Part shown: one piece after another, positions 41,545 to 52,460 of the stretch
Position numbering within the stretch: position 1 is the first letter of the stretch
How the letters are laid out: each line of letters starts with the position of its first letter
NCBI GenBank assembly: GCA_030141605.1
Contig: JAQGDQ010000153.1
Coordinates: 372,001-436,000, forward strand
Origin: Tubiluchus corallicola
Lineage: Eukaryota; Animalia; Priapulida
Length of the DNA stretch: 64,000 nucleotides
Direction: 5' to 3'
Notes under the pieces: model-generated
What the model was told of the DNA's origin: nothing
The model's input: the letters and a program-made list of their open reading frames with translations, nothing else
Databases searched by the model: none
Translations under genes and position numbers: made by a program

Positions 41545-42370
41545 TTATTTTTCGATATTGCAATGAAATATTGCAATCTGAAATCTGCTTTTCTTGTTCT
41601 ATGTTAGTTAGTTTTAAAAGCCTTAATTTAGTTTTATGCACTATATCTTGGGGATATGATTTATTAATCTTTTTTTAACGTATCAATGCAATTAACTGTA
41701 ACCGCTAATACGCGATAACTACACTCTGGCAATTTGGGTTGTTTAGTTCAACCACCAATACATATTTCAAAAGTGACCAACTATTTTCAACTTTTTCCAT
41801 CATTCCATAGTACGCATATTTCTCCACTTTATACATAACTTTAAGACAACTCACTGCGCGATTAAGATTCAATGTCTGTAATTTGCTTCGGGTATACCAA
41901 ATGTGTTTTACTGGTAAAATGGTGTTATTTAAACATGGTAATTTCTTATAAGGAAGCTTTCCAAAAACTACATTAAAGTTATTAATTTTAATGCATTACT
42001 TGAATTTTGCACCCATCGTTGTTTGAAATGTTCCCGTATGAACTTCACCTAGTTACACTCTCACGGTAGGTCTATTATTAATACGGTTTCAATTTCTGAA
42101 TTACAAAAACTATAAGTAACGGAATCAACCTTATTGATCTTGAATATTTTAACCATTATAACCATACTATTACTGGCGATGGTGCTTTATTTTTATACTT
42201 ATTTTAGGGTTAGGGATTAGCTTCAGTCATAATTAGTTGTTTTTCGTTATTGAAATGAAATATCTTCTATTGCAATCTGAGACGCGTTTTTCTTTTTCTA
42301 TGTTAGCGTTAAAAACTTTAAGTTAGTTTTATCCACTATTCCTTGCTAATATGATTCACTTATCTTTGTT
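41545..42370. repeat. Diverged ~130-bp direct repeat pair (41545-41675 and 42240-42370)
   Basis: Shared blocks AATGAAATAT, ATTGCAATCTGA, TTCTATGTTAG, TTAGTTTTAT.CACTAT. Confidence 0.75.
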
Positions 42371-42574
42371 TAAATGGTTTCTATTCTTTCTCAATGTTTA
42401 TCATTTTAGTATCGTTACTCTGTTTCTACAATATTTGTGAGGTAACGTAATGTAAGCGTACTATATCGTTAAGAATCTCAGCACGCTGAACAATGAAATA
42501 CATTTAAAAAAAAACTCATAACATACATAAAATTTAAATAACATTAAAAATGAAAATAATTGATCATAAAAATT

Positions 42575-43035
42575 ACAAATCAAACAAAACGTGTTTCAAG
42601 ATGTTGTTTAAAAGAATCTAATGATTTTGTAGAACGATTAGCAACAGGTAAGTTATTTCAGAGATGCGAAGCACAAAAAGAAAGAGCTTTTTCACCATAA
42701 AATACTGTATTAGAAATTGGCTGACGTAAATTAGCATTAGAACGAAGTGTTCGGCCTATGTTACGGTGCATTAAAAGATCAGTAAGGTACCAAAGCACGT
42801 AGTATTTTGAAGGTGATACAAGAAATTTTAAATTGAATTTGGAACTTTATTGGTAGCCAACGTAAATCTCTTAGAATATGGGTAATGTGATAATATTTTC
42901 CACTTTTGGTAATGTAATGAAACGAACACCAGAGTTCAGAATTAGTTTGAGTTTGCCATTTTCGTATTCAGGAAGTCCGATAGTAAACTATTGCAGTAAT
43001 CAAGTTTGGATGTTATGAAGGTATGTATGAGTTTT
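42575..43035 (-). mobile_element. L2-like LINE 3' fragment
   Basis: Minus strand gives ITSKLDYCNSLL, HITHILRDLRWLP, YLTDLL, GEKALSFCASHL.NNLP..SLDSFKQHLET, typical of the L2 ORF2 C-terminus. Confidence 0.8.
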
Positions 43036-43187
43036 TCATTTTTTTATAATCTTTATTAATCCGTATCAGTAGTTTGGGTATTTTTTTTGCAATTTGTTCA
43101 TTAAGAACTAGTTCTGCTAGTCTATTTCTGTCAGATTGCATTAGATTAAAATACCACATTATTTTTTTTTGTTTTGCGACAGAGGCA

Positions 43188-44948
43188 ATGCACGCACCGG
43201 ATCATCTGTTCAACGTCCATAGTCAGCTTTCTAGCCATAGGCCAACTATCTTCCCTCAAAGCCAACTTTCTTGGCAGAGACCAAACATCTTCACCCCAAC
43301 TCAGCTTTCTAGGCACAGACCAACCATTGATTATCTTTTTCAACACAGCAGACAGGTAGGTAGGAAATCCACTTTTCGATACTTATGTATTAAAGCGAAA
43401 TAAGCCAAAAAGAATTTAATTAAAAATCGCATGAACAATTCGGCATAAGCGCATCATTATCCGCGTTAATAAAACACCTGTTTCAAAATTTTAAATTAAG
43501 AGCATAGTATTATTAAGTATTTATGATGTAAGTAATCAACTACAATCATTTGTTTCAAAAAATTACATGTACTGAAACCACAAAAGTATGCGTTAATATG
43601 ATAACATATGTGTTGGGTACACCCAAGTAGTCGAAACACACGAGAGGTTCCTGGTTCCAGTCTAGTCTCAGTCCCTCAGTCCTTTTCGTATCCTTTTTTC
43701 GAGTCAAATGTGATAAAAATTATCAGCTGTAGATTTATCCATGATTAAAATTAATTTCTATTTCAGAGAAGAACTAGAACTGTGTTTACACCTAATCAGC
43801 TGGCTGAGTTGGAGGCTCTTTTTGAACGTACACCTTACCCTGACGTTTTTCTAAGGGAAGAGCTTGCTGAAAAACTTCACTTGCATGAAGCCAGAATACA
43901 GGTATACTTTTAAGAGGAATGCTTTAGTGTCTCGGACTCTATTATATTGACATAATAATATTTGGAGAATAATTAGTGCAGTTAGTTAGATCTATCCATC
44001 GATGACCAATATCAATAGCGCGTAAGTATCCTGCGTAGAGTGTTGTTTATGTGGAAAGTAATTGGCGACTGACCGGCCAATGTCTTGCTTTATACAAAGT
44101 TATATTTTGTATAAAGTTTTTAAAAAGCAGCGTGTCAAAATGTACATCATTAACATAATCACTGCTTAAAACGTTTATATGAAATATGTAGGCCGGCAGA
44201 TCAGAGGATTTCAATCAAACAAATGAGGTACGAATATCTGACTTTAGCCCGGGCAAAACAAGGATAGTAACGCTGCACTTCATTTTTTGCAGTTTTATTA
44301 ATCTGCACCAGAAGTTTTGGGTATTCTTTTTGCGATTTGTTCAAAATAAGAACGGGAAGTCTAGTGGTCCAAAATCAGGATGTTTATTCGCAGTTGCTCG
44401 TTCCTTGTGTCTTCAGTGTTTGGTGTGGTCTAAACCACCTGAAGCGCAAAAAGAGCTTTATTATAGGGTGTCCGACAGACACTTGTCTAGCTCAGCTCTC
44501 TTTAGGCAATAATGTCATGCCCAGTTAAAATTCTCTTTAACTGGTACCTTCAACGTTTGATTCCGCCAAAAAATAAAATAGCTGATTCAATGGTGTCTAA
44601 AAGGTCTAATACAGTGTCTGGGATATCTGTTATCTGCACCTACAGTTCGTATGGCGGCAGGCACAACACGGAGACAGTTTCAGACAATACTTCCAATATT
44701 ACTCTAGTCCATTTTGGATCACCTGAATCATCCATCTGTAGTTCTGTATACCTTGAGTAATTTTGTAAATGACTATTGAAGCTTTGTTCGTTTGACCAGA
44801 ACCCTTTAGGCTGCTGCTCTAATGGATGGTAAGTCTTTATTATCGGTATACATCAGTATGTCAACATGTTGACACTTCAACGTAGGAATATTCAATTTTC
44901 GTTCAGAAAGAGAGAACACAGAGTTGCGAGAGACAGAGAGGCTGAGTG

Positions 44949-45029
<81 letters not shown>

Positions 45030-48000
45030 ACGTTCTTCTACCTAATTTGTCTATTTAATCTGTGAAGGCACTAAATTATGAAGTCGTTCGATTTAATAGC
45101 ATTTACATCGGCGATGACATTGCTTATGTTGTTTCTGAATTGCTCAGGAAGCAAGAATTAAATCTATTGCTATTTTTTGAGCACACTTCGTAAATAAAGC
45201 TTAAAAATCTTAATGAGATTATAAATGATGCCTTATTGCATACAGAGCTTGCGTTAGCAGTAACTCTGAATGAAACTTGTATATATAAATTCCGCCATAG
45301 CTGTTAGGCACAGCCATTTCAACGGTACGTTGGAAACAAGTCCAGACAACGTTGCGTAAAAATAGAAAAAATAATCAAAACATTCATAGCACACTCTATG
45401 TTAACTAAGCAAAGGTATAGACTACTTTATATTGTCAACAATAACAATATTGTGTTATTTGGTGAGCCGGTTGGTTATTTGCGTTTTACAGTTGGCACCA
45501 GCATTTTAAATTTTTAAAAATTTTCTTTTCCATAGTCTTTCGAAGAGATAAGCGTAATGCTAAGTAACATAACTTTGTATTGATATACTTTCAATTATAT
45601 ACTTTAAAATTGCCTTTTCTTCCCCTTTAACGTATAAGAGTGTTTTGCTAATAGTGCAACAGAAAGAATAAAACCATCCTATCCGTGTTCAACTAATAAG
45701 ATGCTCTTTTTAAGACACCCCAACAATTTTTCATATGAAAAGTATGTCTGTTAAAACTGCAGAACGCCTGCTTTTAAAGCAAAACCGAATCCAATGAACT
45801 GTAAGTCAGAACAACCTATTCTTTAAAATATTCAAACGAAACATACAATTTTTTAAAGAATGCCTTAGGTGAAAGAATTATTACTACACAAACACAATTT
45901 CGCTTTCGCACCACTTGTTCTCCGCTGTTACATGCATTTCGCCATTAGCTAGTTAGACGGGCACTAGCGCCTACATTTCAGAAAGCGTTGCACAAAAACA
46001 TCTCAGTTCAAATGTGTTAGCTCATTACAGCTGAGTACAGCGGTAAATTTGAAATCAGAATTTTTATCTTAAAACTTGCCGAGTTTTAGCACAGCACACT
46101 GAATCTCTTACAGTAGCACTGTAAACGCGCAACACGTTCGTGGAATGTTTGTGTTATTGAAAATTATGTTAGTTTGTGATGTCATCACTAGTTGGGCTCG
46201 CCGTCGTTAATTAAGATTTTAATCTATTATTTTATTATCAGAAACGCCTTTGTAGTGTTATTGGTGTTAAAATGTATACTTTTACCGTACTTGAAAATGG
46301 GGTAGCATTTAAAAATCATCCAGTCTTCCTTTAAAGACCCTGTTGCAGCTCTACATAAAGACTTTGAAGATTTAGAGTACAAATAAGAAATAAAGTAAGG
46401 TTTAAATTGATAGCAACGACTTAAAGTACGACAAAGACTCGAGATAATATTGCAAAGTTTCAAGATACAGGAAAGAGTTTACAGATTCAGAGTACAACAA
46501 TAATATAGACCACAGCGAATATTCAAGATGCAGAGAAGACTTTAAATTCTTAAAGTATTGAAAAAAGTTAAAGTGCAGCAAAGATCTAGACTTCAACAAA
46601 GCTTCAAGATACAGGAAATACTTTAAAGACTCAAAATACAGAAAAGATTTATAAAGGACAGCCAAAATCTAGGCTACAGAAGGGGTGTTCAAGGTCCTTG
46701 ACGGGATCGAGGTTCGGATTGGGAGGAGCGCTTTAGTATCGAGGTTTGTGACGTTCATTGAGTTTCGAGGTTGGGATTTTTCGGGATTCGGGATCAAGTG
46801 GTCAGGATCGGGTTACAGGTCGGGATAAAGTGTTCTGCCTAGGAGTTCTCAACCTCGAACCATAAATACAATTATCAGTGAACGGAAGTAAGGAAATTAC
46901 ATCGACCAAAATTTGACAATTTTGGCTCCAACCTATTACTTATGAAGGCTTAAAATCCTAGCTTTTCCCTAAAATGGAATTGGCAATTGTGAGAATCGAA
47001 TTCGGTACACATCCCTGGTACATCGCAACAGTTATTTATCCACTTATATTTTCCGTTGACAAATCATTTCGTAAATGTCTTTTGTTGAAATCTGGGGAGA
47101 ATAGAGAATTGTTGTACATGGGAATATCAAAGAAAAAGCTAAGATACAGATTGAGAGCCATAATTTGAATCATATTATCACACGTGCGTAACTGATGATA
47201 CACGAGTGAGTCAAAATTTTGCATAGATAAATAATTAAGTTGTAAAACATCTAAGCAGAGCCGTAAGATAAAACCAAGGATAAGAGTCGCTTTTGGAGGA
47301 ATAAACATTTTTCTATCTAGACATTTTGATGTTACAATAGATAGTGTGCAGCCTAAAATAATTTGCAAAAGTTCCTCAAATGTAGTCGAACGTATGGAAT
47401 AATAAAATGAGAATTCACTCGGCATTTTTCATCAGTCGCTGGTTTGTTATTGGGTTAGCCGGATACTTTGTATAAATTTCATTTCTTTCTTTCTGAAAAT
47501 AGCAATACCCAAATGCAACCAACTTGTTTGAATTAGGTACTCCATAGTTACCAGTAGGGCGTTTAAAAATTGCATGATGCTTGACCGATTTCCGTACACC
47601 GAAGTAAAATTGTTGCATGTCTGCACGGGTTTAATTCTAGTACTTCATGCGTCAAGATCAATGGTTGGCTGACCGCTCCAAAAAGGAAGGAGCGTTTTTG
47701 TAAGTTTTGGTGAAGTTACTAGCTTTTCTAGAGTTATTACATTTGGGAAAGAAATATCAACGGAAAATTGAATTGCTGGGTAACTTAAAACCTTTTTATG
47801 GAAACAGAAAGCTTCGTAAGAATGAACCAATTGGTTTACATAATGAAGAATTATCCAAGGAACACAATTCAATTTGACCAAAAATGGAGTTACTAGGCTT
47901 TTCGTAAAACGGGTAACCAGTATTGGCTCGAATAGCTGTTAAACGTTATTTGTTTGCGTCATCTGGATGTTTTTGTGTTCGTTGAGAGCTGCTGGTAGTA

Positions 48001-51000
48001 ACTTCGGGTAAGCCTGTTAGCCGTAACCTGTTTCCCAGCGACTGCAAGGATTGTGCGTTGCCTTTTTTCGTTAATAAAAATTGTCTTTTTATTGCAATTA
48101 GTTTGTGCTTTTACCCTTGATCGACAATAAAACGAAGTACAAAGCTGTGGAACTGCGTGATGCTATTGAATTTAATGGTATGAAAGCTAAAGCACTAATT
48201 TGAAATGAGCTTCAATGAAATTACCTTGTTTGTGGACATTTATTCCATCTGCGGACATAGCAACTTGTTTGCAATTAGATAGACACAATTATTTCGATGA
48301 TTGTGCATGTACGTTTATATTTTTGTATACCTCATCACAGTTTGACTTTAAACAGAGCATCAAAATAGTTTGTTTTGAAGACATTAAAAACAGAAAGAAA
48401 ATGTGATTATGAAATGTGACAGCAGAAAAAATATGTTGACCCAATAATAAATGGCCAGGGCGTTGAAGGTAAGATAAGATATTGTTCCGGGGTTCGACCC
48501 GGTAGATAGCCTTACGGCCCGCCATCGGTGATGCGGGTAAGCGCTGCATAACGGACACTCCAGAAATTTAAACAAAAGAAACAACAAAACCAAAACTTAG
48601 AATTCAAAAGGGACGGCTGAGAAGAACACACAATAGAAAAAAACAAAACCTGATGACAATGCTTCAAACCTTACGGAATCCACGACACTCGGCAGGCAGA
48701 CAGGAGAAGTGCATTCCACGACCAGAAGACAACTGACGATGTCAGGTGTTCGTTCTTTCCACAGGAAACCACTGCTCAACCAATCGCAGGTAATGTTATG
48801 GGCTTCCTAGTTTAAAGTGGAGGTCATAACATTACTTGTAGGTTGGCTGGCCTGGTGCCTATGAATAGAACTGTATAATGAACTTTCACCTGTTCAGCTC
48901 AATATCTATTCTGCGGGATCCTATACAAGTGTACTTCTGCAGTTACTTTCTAAATAAATTATTGTCGCAATCCGCGCTGTCAACCTACACCAAATAGTTT
49001 TCAGCATAAGTTTCAATAGCTTAATGATACAAAACGACATACTACAGAATAACCCGCAAACGTAGTTATTATTACTGGTTTCTTCTAGTTTTAAATAATG
49101 TGGCCAGGCTATTCGATTCATAGGTTTATTTAAATCAGATTAATTTGGCATTTTTCTTTTTTGTAGCATAAAAACTTTTTGCTGTATTGTCAGAACATTA
49201 TGAAGGATTTTCGGTGTTTTTATTATGTTTCTGACTCATACTAGGTTAATATGGCTGTCTGTTTCATCTCAATGAGAACCCATGGCAACGCTGACTGCAA
49301 AAGTACTCTACCTCATAATTGTGATTGACAAGTTAAATAATATAAAATACGGACACTTTTCTAGGTTTGGTTCCAAAACAGAAGAGCTAAATTAAGAAAG
49401 CAAGCTCGCTCGAGGCCAAGAAGCGATTTTTGGCGCCACTTTTCATGTCATCCGCCGATCCCGCCATATTGTGCCGCTAGACCAGCAGCTGCGGGAGTTG
49501 AACCGTTCATGTATTTTGGCGGGCTAGGAATGGCACCTCAAAAGTAAGTTAATCTTCGCTATATCTTGGATTTCAATGTCTACTTGGAATTTAGAATTAA
49601 AAATTTAGAATCTGCTAATTTAGAATGTAAATATGAGCATCTATAACCTTTTCGAGTAGGTTATATAAAATATATTTTCGTAGTGCCAATTGCCAAAAGT
49701 TTCTTGTAGTAAACCTTCTCAGTTTCGAATTTTCTTAGTACTAAACTATTCCAATATTAAAACTTTCCTAGTGCCAAACTTGTTCCGTGTCATTTTTATC
49801 TTGCACTGTATTTACCTGTATCAAAAATGCTTTATAGATTAGAGTCTAAATCTTAAAGCACGTACATAATATGATTGGCAATATAACTGTCAATTGACCA
49901 TTATATTGTCAATTATAGTGATGATGTGCAGGCGACAATCAATACAATTGACAACACAATTAGCAGTCCTCAGTGTGATTAACAAAATTAAAATTGACAA
50001 TTACATTGAGCTTGCGTAAGTCCTTTTAGTGAATTAGAATTAGTCGACGAAAAGCAACAGATCATAGATTATTAAAGATAACCAAAAGGATTAGAATAGT
50101 AAATTATAGTTTACACAATAAAATTATAGTGTAATCCATATTTGCCAATGTAATTCATTCCATCTAGAACCTTATTATTATGTAATAACTGGAATAAACT
50201 AAACTAATGCCTAGCCTACACGGTCTTTCAAAAGAGTGATATTAAAAAGACTGACATTTAAAAGGATAACATACAAAACAATGAACTCTGTACACACGAT
50301 CAATTTTCACTGACAGTTACTTTGCGCATAGCTCCTTGTCGAAGCCTCGAAGAGGTGTTTTCTAACTTCCCTTCATTTTGAGAAACAGCGTCTAAACGAG
50401 CCTAAATGACTTTTATGAAAACGAGGTTTGTTTTGGTATGACTGCAAACGGAAAGCAAAATCAAAGAAAGAAGTTCGGACAATGTAATGAAACAAGAAGT
50501 TATTATCAAATATTATCAGAAGAAATGCAAATGAATTTTTAAATTGTATTCGGATAACATCAAGTATGTTCAATTAATGGACAAATTCATCTCAAAATAA
50601 TGCAGAAAGAGTAGGTTGTCAAGGCACAATAGCTTGCTTTTTGCAGGTTAGTCCCTTCGTTTGAGCATACGTTCCTGTACAGATCTATAAAACTTAGGTA
50701 CAATCGCTCACGGAAGTTTTTGCACTCTTGCGCTTAATAAAATATGATTTATGTAGTGACTTTTTGTTAATAATTCGTTGTTTTTAGCCACAACGTGCTG
50801 CTTACGCACCCGCTATAAACGTAGTCTTCTAGCTGAGTCACCAGCGCGCATTTTTATTGGCTGCTGTTCATTCCAAGAATGCCAACCGACACAGACGAAA
50901 TCACCGCTTCATATCATCAAACTCGAATGACATTCAAATTTCACTGTCAGTCTCTGCGTTCATACGGTTCTTCATCACTGACAAACTCGAAACTAACAAT

Positions 51001-52308
51001 AATTTGGAATAACCGTGAGGACGGCCCATAACTTGACGAGCATATTCAAGATTCCTTGACTGTGCAAAACGTAACCATTGCATATGATTTATATAATAAT
51101 AGGGTTAGTCGCTTGCGGATAATTCTATAGAGCTGTTCATTTCGCCGTGCTGTTGTTCTTGTTTACGTAATATAAAAAATTGCCATTTATTCATTGTGAG
51201 GTAAACTGTGTGAACCATATTTTCAAAATATTGTGATCTACGGCAACTGTAAACGCGTATCTATAATCTGCTAAGAGCTAGCTGATTACCATCATTTCAA
51301 CCGGAGTTTTGATATCGTCTTGATGCTGAAGCGTGACCACTGTTTGTCAAAAAATTATTTCCGTCTGAGGTTTGACCAATTTTTGGACAGTTAAGTATTG
51401 CTTCGATGCAAGAAATACTTTGAGTAGATATTGTCGACAATGGCACGATACTGCGTTTCAATTACACGCACATGCTTTCAATAGTTTAATAATGAATTTC
51501 ACAGGCAAAGTTAAATAGGCACAGACTAGAAAGTTACTATAGAACGTTACTAGAATGTTACTACTGAACGAAAGAGACGGAGAAAGCGGAAGAGTCGAGA
51601 GAAAGAGAGAGAAGAAGATAGAAGGAAGCAGAGACATAAATAAAAAAATAGAGAGAAAGAGTACACCCGATGCAACTCGACCTGCTAACCAGTTCACTCG
51701 GCTTACCAGAGTCACCCGAACGACACGTAGAATGAACCATTATTACAAAAATCCAGAACACGTTTAATGTTTTGAACAATAATAAGTTCTTTTAGTATTC
51801 CACAGGAAAATCCGACCCAAGATTGGGTACACCCAGTATTGGTATTTCGGTAAACCAGTCGAGTGTCAGGTTACCCGCACATATTTTCAGTTGATTCAGA
51901 GCGTTGGTTTCTGTTGTATTCTAGTGGACTCTTTTAGGCTGAAAATTGCTGAGCACTAAAATAAGTGTTAACCGCAAAGTATGCCCAAAAATCCTTTGAT
52001 TTTGTAGAACAATGTGTAATTATGCACAGATATACTGATTTTACTGAATTTTATTGTATGTGCATTTTTATCGTAGTATAAACGCCATCAGATTGCCACC
52101 TCAGCCAGGACCCTCTAACCGCTACTGTGGTCAGTGCCTGCCTCCTTCGGAAATATACAGTGCCGTCGAGCGTCCTCAACGAGATGATGACGACAGGCTG
52201 AGAAGTTCCGTCGCCTCACAGAGGGCACCAACGCCACCAATCACGGTCGTCGAAGGTTTAGCAGAAATGACCGGAGAAGCGACGAGCGACGAGGGAGAAA
52301 TGGAGTAA
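43188..52308 (+). CDS. PRD-class (paired-like, Q50) homeobox protein, aristaless/Arx/Drgx-like, 237 aa
   Basis: Exons 43188-43355, 43767-43901, 49365-49543, 52077-52308 (714 nt, phases consistent). Homeodomain [46 protein letters not shown]|[13 protein letters not shown], with the PRD-typical intron between residues 46 and 47 and Q at position 50. The start codon is less certain than the rest. Confidence 0.92.
44952..45029. repeat. (GA)n microsatellite plus poly-G
   Basis: Directly visible. Confidence 0.95.
46350..46830. repeat. Degenerate minisatellite (AAAGACTTTAAAGATTCAAGATACAG-like) followed by GGGATC/GAGGTT hexamer repeats
   Basis: Periodic motifs visible. Confidence 0.65.
46900..47900 (-). 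mobile_element. Highly decayed LTR-retrotransposon (Gypsy-like) pol remnants
   Basis: Fragments [17 protein letters not shown] (RT-like), YEAF..KKVLSYP and VAFGYCYFQ (RT/RNase H linker-like). Order is scrambled and similarity weak. Confidence 0.35.
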
Positions 52309-52362
52309 TAAATTAAAACAAAGTTATATATATAATAAGGTACCATTTGAAAGGAAAATGGT

Positions 52363-52368
52363 AATAAA
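52363..52368 (+). terminator. Candidate poly(A) signal of the homeobox gene
   Basis: AATAAA 55 nt after the stop; another AATAAA overlaps the stop. Confidence 0.35.
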
Positions 52369-52460
52369 AACATGATATTACTACACTGACTTTTAAAATA
52401 CAATCAGTGTGACTGATAATTAAATCATATGTCATAGTAGGGTCAATATAAAGGAAAAAA

